The position numbers were made by a program, and so were the translations under genes. This document shows positions 19,766-29,427 of a DNA stretch of 64,000 nucleotides, piece by piece (position 1 is the first letter of the stretch; the number at the start of each line of letters is the position of its first letter). Source of the stretch: Candidatus Woesearchaeota archaeon (GTDB lineage: Archaea > Nanobdellota > Nanobdellia > Woesearchaeales > WAPY01); contig JBNAUL010000001.1 of assembly GCA_049700835.1 (NCBI GenBank), positions 182,043-246,042 of the forward strand. The letters are read 5' to 3'. The notes under the pieces were generated by a model that saw nothing but the letters and a program-made list of their open reading frames with translations, had not been told where the DNA came from and ran no database searches.

Positions 19766-19857
19766 TTAAGTTGTTATCCCAAAGTAAAGACAAAAATGTT
19801 TTGTCAATAAAAGGTTACGATAAAATTTTTAATTAAAAATTTGCTTGGGGGTGCTTT

Positions 19858-21426
19858 ATGAGCAAAGAACTTGAAAGCTTAACAGAAGAATACTACAAAA
19901 AGAGCAAGGAAAATAAGAACAATATAAACAAAAAAGATGTTCTTAAAAAGGTTCTTGCATTAATTACTGCAGGGACAATTGGAGTTTCAGCAACTTCTAC
20001 ATTTAAAAAGCACGATATTTACGCCAAAGCAAACAAAACAAATCAATGCTATCAAGAAATTAATCAAAAATCAATTTGTGATGGCGATGAAAAAAACCTT
20101 TCAACATTTCAAGAGGTTTTAAATTATATGCCAGAAGGCATAGTTCTTAGAGTTAACAGGGATGATGCCAAACAAATGCTTGAGAATAACTATCTCCTTA
20201 ACTGGATGTTTACAAACTGGAATGAAGAAAGAAAGAAAGAATTGGAAAATTTAATGGATGGAAGAATAGAAAATGGGGAGTTAATAAGCTTGCTTTTAGG
20301 GAGAGACAAGGACTCAGCATACTATGGCGTTGACGCTTTGTTCCAAAGAAAAGACGGAACACCATACGAACTATTTGGCATTGACGGAGCAAGAGATCCT
20401 TACTTCAAGGGAATGTTCAATATAATCCTCTTCGAGATGATTAACAGCCCAACGCTCAATCAAAAATTCTTTAATGAAAAGACAAAAAACACAAGAGAAT
20501 ACCTAACCCTCGATTCAAAACTTTACGCTATTGTAAAAGAAGGGCTTTCAACAAAGACAAACTTAATAGCTGATTACTTAAAAAATACGCAGTTGATTGA
20601 TGAAGTAAAGATTTTTTCAGAAGAGAAAAAAGATAGTTTAGGGAACATAACAACAAAATTCTATTTAGAATCAAAAGACAGGTTCGTTGGAAAACAAGAG
20701 CTAAAGCTTATTGAAATAGATAAAAAGGACTACAAATTCTTACAAAAGATAAAAGAAGTATTGGAAGAGGTCGAAAAAAGGTTTTCGCAAAAAGAAATTT
20801 CCATTTCATACGAGGAGAACAAGTCAGTTATAGATAATTACAATGAACTGATTGCAGAGCATTTAACCCACACTATCTCAGAAGGAGGAACAAAGAACGG
20901 TGTTAAAGAAGGAGATTACCTGTCGGATTATCCAAAGGAGTTGAGAGTTGCGCAGCTTTTAGGTTACAGCAACAGGGTGTTTGACCCAAAAAAGGTTTTA
21001 TGGCAGGGAAAGGTAAAAACAAAATCAGGAACTCTTGATGTAAAGCTTTATGATTTTGAATTCGCAGGAGGAAAAAACATTGAAGGATTAAGTTGTGAGG
21101 ATAACTGCAAGTTCAAGGACAATCCTGCAATTTTGTTCTCAGAATACCAATGTCCTAATGGGAAGTATCCTGCTTATATTATGAATATAGTTATGAAATC
21201 AGACAAGAAAGGAGTATTCCTGCAAGTAGCACCATTCCTATACGATAGAAAGGGCACAAAGAATTATGAGCACTTTGAGGCATTGAAAGATATTTACAAG
21301 AATGGAGTGCTTGAGGAAAAATTGAGAGATTTAACAGCAGAATACTCAACAGCGAATTTAAAAATCTTGCCAACCCATACTTACGATCATAACGGCACAG
21401 AAATAAATTATTTTGTTTTGAATTAA
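19858..21426 (+). CDS. Hypothetical membrane-anchored protein (N-terminal TM helix, large extracytoplasmic domain)
   Basis: 522 aa. N-terminal hydrophobic helix (VLALITAGTIGVSATSTF). No recognisable catalytic motifs. Strong SD (gggggtg) 8 nt upstream. Confidence 0.5.
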   Translation: MSKELESLTEEYYKKSKENKNNINKKDVLKKVLALITAGTIGVSATSTFKKHDIYAKANKTNQCYQEINQKSICDGDEKNLSTFQEVLNYMPEGIVLRVNRDDAKQMLENNYLLNWMFTNWNEERKKELENLMDGRIENGELISLLLGRDKDSAYYGVDALFQRKDGTPYELFGIDGARDPYFKGMFNIILFEMINSPTLNQKFFNEKTKNTREYLTLDSKLYAIVKEGLSTKTNLIADYLKNTQLIDEVKIFSEEKKDSLGNITTKFYLESKDRFVGKQELKLIEIDKKDYKFLQKIKEVLEEVEKRFSQKEISISYEENKSVIDNYNELIAEHLTHTISEGGTKNGVKEGDYLSDYPKELRVAQLLGYSNRVFDPKKVLWQGKVKTKSGTLDVKLYDFEFAGGKNIEGLSCEDNCKFKDNPAILFSEYQCPNGKYPAYIMNIVMKSDKKGVFLQVAPFLYDRKGTKNYEHFEALKDIYKNGVLEEKLRDLTAEYSTANLKILPTHTYDHNGTEINYFVLN

Positions 21427-21441
21427 AATCGCTTAAAATAA

Positions 21442-24400
21442 TTGAGAGGTGTTTTTATGAACAAAAGATATACAGCATTAAAAAACATTTTGTTAACATT
21501 GTTTTTAGTAGGTGTGATTTTATTAGTTTTATTTTCAAGAAAAACATTTGCTTGCGACCCGAGCATAGATCCTGACTGCGATCCAGACCCTTGCCCAGGA
21601 GGAGTTTGCCCTCCAACCCCGCCAGAACCTCCAACAGATTATGAACCAACAATACAGTCAATAACATTGCTCAATCAAAAATGCGCACAGCCCAATTCAA
21701 ACATAAGCATAAGAGTTATAGCAAACGATGATCATGGGGTAAAAAAGATATATCTTTACAGAGGAGCAGTATTGGTTGCAACATATAAATGCCCTCCAAA
21801 TTATGGTTATTGCGAGCACATATTCTCTGTGCAGGCATGCAGCAATCTGTGTGCCAATTGCGTCTTTAAAGCAAGAGCACAAGACAATAAAAATCAATAT
21901 TCAAATTATAAAACCCTTGATGTTTACATTGATAATCCTCCAACAGTAAGCATTGTTTCTAATGCTTCAATAGTTAATATCAATGAACACTTTACTTTGC
22001 TTGCAAATGCAACAGACTCCTGCATCAGCAATTTAACAATACAAATAATAAACAAAACATTACAGCATACATGTTACAATGATTTAACATGTGCAATCCT
22101 TGCACTAACTTCTGAAACAATCCCTGGAAATTACACTTACACTGCAAGAGTAGTTGATAATTGTAATTGGAGTTCAAACTCAAGCACAACAGTTCAAGTT
22201 ATAAGAACAAACATTCCTCCAGTTGCAATACTTCATGCTAATGTAATCCACGGTTATGCTCCATTGAGCGTTTTGTTTGATTCAAGCTATAGTTACGATC
22301 CTGATGGAATAATAGTAGAATACTGCATTGACTATAATGACAGCGCAGGTTATTGCCAAAACACTCCAATAGTAGAATGGCATAACTTTTCAATGCCAGG
22401 AATTTACAATGTAAGCTTAAGGGTTAGGGATAATGACAATGCAACTGATTATGATTATGTCACAATAATAGTTGAAACAAGAAACACATGCCCAACATTT
22501 AACCATACGCTCAACTTTACAGCATACGAAGGGCAGAACATCATCATTAATTTTTCAAACTATGTTTATGATGCAGAAGGAAATTTCTTGTTTTTCTCAT
22601 ACAGCAATCTTCCATCAGGAGTTATGACAAATAATGAAATATTCAATTGGACTCCGAATTATGAGCAGGAAGGCGATTATTCATTCAATATTTTTGTTAG
22701 CGACGGATTTTGTAATGTTTCAGGAGCTGTTGATGTTAGAGTTATTGATGTTAACAGAATTCCTTTTGTTGAGAATGTTTCTGTTTTGCCTGATAGTCCT
22801 GTTACTTCTCATGATTTGTTGTGTGTTTATGATTTTGTTGATTTTGATGGTGATGTTGATTTGAGTTTTGTGCGTTGGTATAGGAATGGTGTTTTGTTGA
22901 ATTATACTGGTGTTTTGTTGCCTAGCAGTTTTACCGGCAAGGGTGATGTTTTTGTTTGCGAGGTTTTGCCTTTTGATGGAAAGGACTACGGAATTCCTGT
23001 AAATTCAAGCGCAAAAATCATAGGCAACACTTGTCCTGAATTTATTGAGGATTTGGATTTTGTTGTGAATGAGGGGCAAACCTTGCTTGTCAATCTAAGT
23101 TTGTTTGCAAGCGACGCTGATAATGATTTGCTGCATTTTTCAGGAACAGGAATTCCAGAAGGTGCTTCTCTTAATGATTCAGGGCTGTTCGTATGGACTC
23201 CTAACTATGAACAATCAGGTAATTACACATCAATCATTTATGTTTATGACAGCAGCTGCTATGACAATGTAGAAATGAGAATAAGGGTTATTGATGTTTT
23301 AAATTATTCGTTGAACACAAGCATAGATTGCTTTGACAAGGTTGTTGTTCATCATAATCAGAGTTGCAGTGTTTTTGTAAGGGACAATTTTGGTAACCTT
23401 GTTGGAAATGCAAATGTTAATATTTATTTCTTGAACGGGAGTTTGTTCGGGAGTTGCATTACCAATCATATTTCTGGCGGTTGTAGTGTTTTAAGAGAAA
23501 TGAATTTTGTTGGAAATTACACTGTTTATCCAACAGCATACAAAACAGGTTATGTTAATGATACTGATACTTATCCAAGATTTGATTTTGAAGTTATTCC
23601 GCAAAGATATGACATATTTGATTTAGTGGTTTATAACGATTCTTTATTCACAAATCCTGATGATGTTTTTTACAGAGGAGAAAACATGTATGTCAAGTTT
23701 AGGGCCTATGATTATTTAACAGAATCATTTGTTCAAGGTGCTGTAACAGAGGTTGCCCTTGTAAGTCCTCCTGGAGGAATTGCAAACCTGACAAAAATCG
23801 CTGAATCAGGAAGTTGGTATTATTACAAGTTAGAGCCCATACCTCCAAATCACAATTTTTTAGGTAATAGTCAGGTCTTTGCATTTGTCTTTAACTTTTC
23901 AGACAACACAGGCGGAGAAAAACAGGTTAATGTTACAATACTTAACAATCCACCAATCATAACTCCTGAAATACCAAATGTATATACTGATGAGGTTACT
24001 CCTGTGACAATAAATTTGGCATTGCACGAGTTTGATGTTGAGGATTCAGGAACAAATCTGACATGGCAGATAATGAACTATTCAAATTCTTTGTTTAATT
24101 ATAATTTAGTTGGCAAAACGCTTTCAATAAACCCATTAACTTTTGGTAATGGTTTCATAACGTTGAGATTGTACGATCTTGATTTGGATTATGACGAGCA
24201 GACAGTTATGGTTTATGTTTCAAGACAGGATTTGCCTCCAACCCTAGAAGCATACTATCCAATAGTTGTTTCTCCAGGAGAGAGCGCAACAATAAGATTA
24301 AGGGCCAATGATGATTTTGATGTTAAAAAGATTTATTTGTACAACCAAAGCATGGGATTAATTGGAATTTATGAATGCGTTGGGATACAAACAACATGCG

Positions 24401-25980
24401 AGCATAATTTTTCTGTTTCAATCTTAGGACCTGACTGCTCTTCAAAGGAATTCTATGCAAAGGCAGAGGATAATTCTTCTCAGTATTCTATTTTATTGCC
24501 AATAACAATAAATATTGATTCTTTACCTCAAGTTACCATAACAACAAACAATTCTCATCCAAGAATAAACGAGTCATTCAGATTGTTTGTCAACGCAACA
24601 GACAACTGTGGGCTTTCAAGATTAAATATAACGAGAGAGGGAATAAATCTACAAACAAAGAATTGCAATGGCGCAAATTATTGTTTTGATTATTTAATAA
24701 CTTCTGAGAGTTTTGGAGGAAGTTTTGTTTATTGCGGAATTGCAAAAGACACTTCATCAAGAACATCAACAAGCTGTTTAGCGATAGAGATAAATACAAC
24801 CCCTCTGAACAACATTCCTTTTGTTGAGAATGTTTCTGTTTTGCCTGATAGTCCTGTTACTTCTCATGATTTGTTGTGTGTTTATGATTTTGTTGATTTT
24901 GATGGTGATGTTGATTTGAGTTTTGTGCGTTGGTATAGGAATGGTGTTTTGTTGAATTATACTGGTGTTTTGTTGCCTAGCAGTTTTACCGGCAAGGGTG
25001 ATGTTTTTGTTTGCGAGGTTTTGCCTTTTGATGGAAAGGACTACGGAATTCCTGTAAATTCAAGCGCAGTTGCAATAGGAAATTCATGCCCAGTAGTTCA
25101 TTTAGCAGAAAACTATACTGTTGTTGAAGGAGAATTGCTTGAAATAATCATTAATGCAACAGATCCTGACAATGATAATTTAACATACGCTGTTAGTTAT
25201 GCACCTTCTAATTCAAATTTAACAGGCAACATATTCACTTGGAGGCCAAGCTTCACGCAATCAGGAGCTTATCACGTAACATTTACTGTTAGTGACAGTT
25301 ATTGTTATGTTGGGCAAGGAGTAGTGATTTTTGTATCTGAATCAGGAAATCACAATCCATACTTTATCAGCACTCCAATAACAACAGGCGTTGTAGAGGA
25401 AACATATGTTTACGATTCAAATGCAGTCGATCCTGACAACGATACTTTGATTTATTCGCTTGTGGAATTTCCAATCAACATGACGATAAATCCAACAACA
25501 GGAGTTATAACTTGGGTTCCAAAGACAACAGGAAGTTTTAAGGTTACAATAAGAGCAGAAGATGGAAAAGGTGGTTACGCATTGCAGAGTTATTCAATAT
25601 CAGTTGAACCTAAAGAGGAAATAAAACTACCTAGGAGAAAGGTATTTGTTGAGCAACTGAGCATAATAAATGAGGATTGCATAGAACCAGGAGACGATTT
25701 GTACGCATTTGTGAATTTTAAGAACATGGGCTTTTACGACATGAGAAATGTCAGAATAACTGCAGTAATTCAGGAGTTGGGAGTTAGGCAGAGATTAGGG
25801 CCATTCAAGCTTGAACCAAAAGAAGAAATAGCAAAGATATTAATAACAAAGATTCCAGAGGATGCTTCAGAGGGAACATACTATGTCAGGTTCACGATAA
25901 ATGATGACATGGTAAAGAGAGTTATTTATAGGGACATAATGATAAGAAATGACTGCAAACAAGTTTGTTGTACAAACTAA
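21442..25980 (+). CDS. Giant secreted/surface protein with Cys-rich N-terminal stalk and tandem Ig-like (PKD/cadherin-like) domains; internal duplication
   Basis: 1512 aa. N-terminal signal-anchor helix, Cys/Pro-rich stretch (CDPSIDPDCDPDPCPGGVCPP), many N-x-S/T sites. Two-fold internal architecture including a perfect 255-bp DNA repeat (22759-23013 and 24814-25068). Starts 15 bp after the upstream gene. Confidence 0.7.
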   Translation: MRGVFMNKRYTALKNILLTLFLVGVILLVLFSRKTFACDPSIDPDCDPDPCPGGVCPPTPPEPPTDYEPTIQSITLLNQKCAQPNSNISIRVIANDDHGVKKIYLYRGAVLVATYKCPPNYGYCEHIFSVQACSNLCANCVFKARAQDNKNQYSNYKTLDVYIDNPPTVSIVSNASIVNINEHFTLLANATDSCISNLTIQIINKTLQHTCYNDLTCAILALTSETIPGNYTYTARVVDNCNWSSNSSTTVQVIRTNIPPVAILHANVIHGYAPLSVLFDSSYSYDPDGIIVEYCIDYNDSAGYCQNTPIVEWHNFSMPGIYNVSLRVRDNDNATDYDYVTIIVETRNTCPTFNHTLNFTAYEGQNIIINFSNYVYDAEGNFLFFSYSNLPSGVMTNNEIFNWTPNYEQEGDYSFNIFVSDGFCNVSGAVDVRVIDVNRIPFVENVSVLPDSPVTSHDLLCVYDFVDFDGDVDLSFVRWYRNGVLLNYTGVLLPSSFTGKGDVFVCEVLPFDGKDYGIPVNSSAKIIGNTCPEFIEDLDFVVNEGQTLLVNLSLFASDADNDLLHFSGTGIPEGASLNDSGLFVWTPNYEQSGNYTSIIYVYDSSCYDNVEMRIRVIDVLNYSLNTSIDCFDKVVVHHNQSCSVFVRDNFGNLVGNANVNIYFLNGSLFGSCITNHISGGCSVLREMNFVGNYTVYPTAYKTGYVNDTDTYPRFDFEVIPQRYDIFDLVVYNDSLFTNPDDVFYRGENMYVKFRAYDYLTESFVQGAVTEVALVSPPGGIANLTKIAESGSWYYYKLEPIPPNHNFLGNSQVFAFVFNFSDNTGGEKQVNVTILNNPPIITPEIPNVYTDEVTPVTINLALHEFDVEDSGTNLTWQIMNYSNSLFNYNLVGKTLSINPLTFGNGFITLRLYDLDLDYDEQTVMVYVSRQDLPPTLEAYYPIVVSPGESATIRLRANDDFDVKKIYLYNQSMGLIGIYECVGIQTTCEHNFSVSILGPDCSSKEFYAKAEDNSSQYSILLPITINIDSLPQVTITTNNSHPRINESFRLFVNATDNCGLSRLNITREGINLQTKNCNGANYCFDYLITSESFGGSFVYCGIAKDTSSRTSTSCLAIEINTTPLNNIPFVENVSVLPDSPVTSHDLLCVYDFVDFDGDVDLSFVRWYRNGVLLNYTGVLLPSSFTGKGDVFVCEVLPFDGKDYGIPVNSSAVAIGNSCPVVHLAENYTVVEGELLEIIINATDPDNDNLTYAVSYAPSNSNLTGNIFTWRPSFTQSGAYHVTFTVSDSYCYVGQGVVIFVSESGNHNPYFISTPITTGVVEETYVYDSNAVDPDNDTLIYSLVEFPINMTINPTTGVITWVPKTTGSFKVTIRAEDGKGGYALQSYSISVEPKEEIKLPRRKVFVEQLSIINEDCIEPGDDLYAFVNFKNMGFYDMRNVRITAVIQELGVRQRLGPFKLEPKEEIAKILITKIPEDASEGTYYVRFTINDDMVKRVIYRDIMIRNDCKQVCCTN

Positions 25981-26023
25981 GAAGCACAAGCCAAAGGGTA
26001 ATCTGTAACTACTCTATCATACT

Positions 26024-26044
26024 AAAAAACGAAAGATTTAAATA
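26024..26044 (+). promoter_or_regulatory. Putative BRE/TATA promoter element (aaaaaacgaaagatttaaata)
   Basis: Shares the 17-mer AAAAAACGAAAGATTTA with 19745-19761. About 100 bp upstream of the 26144 start, which has a GGAGGG SD. Confidence 0.4.
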
Positions 26045-26143
26045 GTAGTTGCTATTACTCAATAGCAATAAAACAAAAAATCTAGATAGCAATTAACAAA
26101 TTTATAAAAATATTCAAAACAAAATGAAAGGAGGGAACTGAAA

Positions 26144-27394
26144 ATGAAAAATAAATTGTTTTTTGTAATAGTTTTGTTTGTAGTATTGGCTTTTGCTGCA
26201 ACTGCAAGAGCATTACCTACAGTTGAACAAGTTAAGATAAATGGTGATGTTTTTGAAGCTGGAGACAGTTTGGTTGTTGAAAAGGGAGATACAATAAAAA
26301 TAAGAGTAAAACTCCAAGCTGCTCAAGATGAAAAGAACATCCAAGTTCTAGCTGACATCATTGGTTATGAATACAGCACAAAAGAAAAGCTTTCAGATCT
26401 AACAGCTGTATTTGACCTAAATGCCAATGATACTGTCTATAAAGACCTTGAATTGAAGATACCTGACAAGGCAGACAAGGATTATTATGATTTAAGAATA
26501 AGGGTTGCAACAAGAACAGGAACTGCTTTTGAGGGATTGTACAGATTGCACATAATAGGGGCAAGACACAATGTTGTAATTAAAGATGTCATATTCACTC
26601 CGGAGAGAAAGATTGTGAGCGGAAGAGCGCTCCTGACGGTGGTAAGGGTAAAGAACACAGGAGAGCTTGACGAAGATGGAATAAAGATAAGAGTTTCAAT
26701 ACCAGAACTTGGATTGTCAGCTGCTGACTACATTGACGAGTTGAAGGCTGGAGAATCCACAAGCTCTGAAGAACTATACCTGAGAATACCTCAGTGCACA
26801 AAATCAGGAAACTACAATGTAAATGTTGAATTAATATACAATGAAGGTTATGCAGAGGTCAAGCAATCTTACTCAATATATGTTGAGGAAGAAGAGACAT
26901 GCAAACCAATATCAGTCCCTCCAACAGTCGTGGAAAAGACAACAATAACATCCTCTCCAGAGGTTCAAGAAGTATTTATCGGAGGACAAGGAGCAATCTA
27001 TCCAATTACAATAACAAACTCAGGAACAACAGCACAAACTTATGTAATTAGCATTGATGCTCCATGGGCATCAGTAAAGGTAAGCCCTTCAAATGTTTTG
27101 GTAATCGGAGCAGGAGAGACAAAGACAGCATACATTTATGTAACCCCAAATCCAACATCAAGCATAGGAGAACAAATATTCGCAGCAAAGATTACTGTTG
27201 GGGATCAAGAAAAGACAGTAACGATGAAAGCGATGGTAAAGAAGGCAGTAACAACAGATAACTTGAGAAAAGGGCTTGAGATTGCATTAATCGTGCTTTT
27301 GGTAATCCTAATCATAGTCGGAATAATCGTTGGCTTGAGCAAGATGAAGGGAAGCGAAGAGCACGAAGAAGAAAAAACACAGACATATTACTAA
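26144..27394 (+). CDS. S-layer-like cell-surface protein (signal peptide, CARDB-like beta domains, C-terminal TM anchor)
   Basis: 416 aa. Cleavable signal peptide (LAFAATARA). Beta-rich repeats resembling CARDB domains. C-terminal hydrophobic helix followed by a short charged tail. Confidence 0.6.
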   Translation: MKNKLFFVIVLFVVLAFAATARALPTVEQVKINGDVFEAGDSLVVEKGDTIKIRVKLQAAQDEKNIQVLADIIGYEYSTKEKLSDLTAVFDLNANDTVYKDLELKIPDKADKDYYDLRIRVATRTGTAFEGLYRLHIIGARHNVVIKDVIFTPERKIVSGRALLTVVRVKNTGELDEDGIKIRVSIPELGLSAADYIDELKAGESTSSEELYLRIPQCTKSGNYNVNVELIYNEGYAEVKQSYSIYVEEEETCKPISVPPTVVEKTTITSSPEVQEVFIGGQGAIYPITITNSGTTAQTYVISIDAPWASVKVSPSNVLVIGAGETKTAYIYVTPNPTSSIGEQIFAAKITVGDQEKTVTMKAMVKKAVTTDNLRKGLEIALIVLLVILIIVGIIVGLSKMKGSEEHEEEKTQTYY

Positions 27395-27575
27395 AAACTT
27401 TTTGGTTTTTATTTTTTAATTAATTTTTAATTTTATTTTTCTCTATTATTTTTTTTATTCCTTGTCATTTGGCAAATTTTATTTTTACAATATTATTTTT
27501 ATTTTTTATTTTTATTATTTGATTTACTTGTTTTTTATCGACACTTTTAAATAACAGAAGATGCTTTTCCTCTCA

Positions 27576-27599
27576 GAAAAACAAAAGCTTTATATATAA
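27576..27599 (+). promoter_or_regulatory. Putative BRE/TATA promoter element (aaaacaaaagctttatatataa)
   Basis: Related to the motifs at 19745 and 26024. 73 bp upstream of the 27672 start, which has a GGGGG SD. Confidence 0.3.
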
Positions 27600-27671
27600 G
27601 TTAATCTCTCTAAAGTAGTAACTAAATGCTAAACATACTAAACGGTTAAACTTGCTTTAGGGGGAATAATC

Positions 27672-29288
27672 ATGAACAAAAAAAATAAAGTGGCATCATC
27701 TGCAATTCTTTTGTTCTCCATTCTATTCTTAATTGTGTTTGGTTCAAAGAGTGTATTTGCATATTTCAATGCTTATGCTTCAGAATCAACGATAAAAATG
27801 TGCAAGTGCGAGATAAAGAGTTACAGTATTCTATTAGAAAACTCAGATTCTTATGCAGAATTAGTAAGCATAACATATTCAGGTACAGGTCAGAACCTTG
27901 TAAGGGTTGTTCCAAGCAATGTTTTTCTAAATGCAGGTGAAAAAAAGCAGATAAGCGTGTTTTTGGATTCTCAATGCAAGGAAGGAGAATACTATATTGA
28001 TTTTTACATGGAATCGCAGAGTGTTAAAAAGGTATTGAAACAAAAGATTGTTATACAGCCCTGCGATATTCTTGAATTGAAAATTGAAAAAAGTAATTTA
28101 ACGATTGAGAAAGGAAAAATGCAGGAAGTTGCTTTCTCAATAACAAATAAGGGAACCTATATAGAGGAATTAAATTTCAAGTTTGATAGGATAAAATCAG
28201 AAAATTTTTTCATAGAACCAAATCAGACGCTTAAGCTTTCATTTAATGTCAGTGGACAAAAGCTTGGAAACTACAAGAAAGAGCTCATTGTCAATGCATT
28301 GAGAACTGGCTATAAGAAAACATCAAGCATATACATAAATGTTGTTTCTGCTGAAAAAGAAGAGAATGCTTTGAAAGCATTAATATTCAGCATCGGAAAT
28401 TTCCTTAAGCAGTTCCAAAAATACATAATTACCGCTTTAATAATACTCTTTGTTTTGCTTGTAATCTTAAGTATTGGATTGAAGAAATCAGAGCAAAGAA
28501 TTATAGAGGAGCCAAAGGAAGAGCAAAAAACAAAGAAAATAAGGAAGAAAAAAGAAGAAAAAGAAGAGAAATTAAGTCCTTATTATATTTCTGTAATAAA
28601 GGAAAGAAAGGGTTTTACAGAGTTTTTCAAAAAGAATTTTAAGCCGATAATCATAATAATAATTATTATATTAGCGGCTGTTCTAATCTTCTTTGCAATA
28701 AAGTATTCTTGGCATTCAAAGATATTTGGGTTTTTCAAGAAATCTTCATCGCTGTTTTTAGCCAAATTTTCGCTAAACAAAACAGAACAAAAAGAAGAGA
28801 TTCCAAAAGAATTTGATGAAAACAGGCAAGGAATGTTTGTAATAGAAGAGGCAAATGAAAGCGCTCAGCAAAATGAGCAAAATGTTAGTAAGAATAAGAC
28901 AGGAACAGAAAGAGGAACATTAGAACAAGAAAGCAGAGAAGAAATTATAGAAGAAACCTTAAACCAAACAACAAATCAGGTAAAAAATCAAACCAACCAA
29001 ACAACTGAAGAGGAAGAAGAAAAAATTGAGGAGAATGCAACAGAAATCTCACTGCCAACAGAAGCAACAACAGAGGAAATTAAAAAAGAAAAGGAAAAGA
29101 GCGCTGCAAAAATAAGAGCAGAATTAAAGAGCGCTTTGACAGCAATAAAGGTTTTCTTCATACTTTACTTAAACTACATAATCTATGGGATTGTTGCGCT
29201 GTTCATAATAATAATGATACTTAATGTTTCAGTAATTAAAGAAAAGAGAAAGAAAAAGAACAACAAGAGGAAAAAAAGGCAGAGATGA
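27672..29288 (+). CDS. Hypothetical secreted/membrane protein with CARDB-like domains, three TM helices and K/E-rich low-complexity segments
   Basis: 538 aa. Signal peptide, two beta-rich extracellular modules, TM helices (ITALIILFVLLVIL; IIIIIIIILAAVLIFFAI; IYGIVALFIIIMIL), very basic C-terminal tail. Confidence 0.5.
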   Translation: MNKKNKVASSAILLFSILFLIVFGSKSVFAYFNAYASESTIKMCKCEIKSYSILLENSDSYAELVSITYSGTGQNLVRVVPSNVFLNAGEKKQISVFLDSQCKEGEYYIDFYMESQSVKKVLKQKIVIQPCDILELKIEKSNLTIEKGKMQEVAFSITNKGTYIEELNFKFDRIKSENFFIEPNQTLKLSFNVSGQKLGNYKKELIVNALRTGYKKTSSIYINVVSAEKEENALKALIFSIGNFLKQFQKYIITALIILFVLLVILSIGLKKSEQRIIEEPKEEQKTKKIRKKKEEKEEKLSPYYISVIKERKGFTEFFKKNFKPIIIIIIIILAAVLIFFAIKYSWHSKIFGFFKKSSSLFLAKFSLNKTEQKEEIPKEFDENRQGMFVIEEANESAQQNEQNVSKNKTGTERGTLEQESREEIIEETLNQTTNQVKNQTNQTTEEEEEKIEENATEISLPTEATTEEIKKEKEKSAAKIRAELKSALTAIKVFFILYLNYIIYGIVALFIIIMILNVSVIKEKRKKKNNKRKKRQR

Positions 29289-29427
29289 TTTTTAATTTTT
29301 GTTTTTATGTTTCTTTTATTTATTTTTATATTATTTATTTGCAAGCTGCTTATAATATTGCTTATAATGTCTTTTCTATGTATTTTCTTATAATTTTCTT
29401 ATAATATTATTGTTATAATGTATATTG

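Noticed and set aside
21455-21897. Minus-strand ORFs of 70 and 66 aa
   Set aside because: They are antisense to the 5' end of the giant surface protein gene.
22759-25068. Identical 255-bp repeats considered as a possible CRISPR or mobile-element signature
   Set aside because: There are only two copies, both in-frame within one coding sequence encoding a protein domain. No spacer/repeat periodicity or flanking IS features are present.
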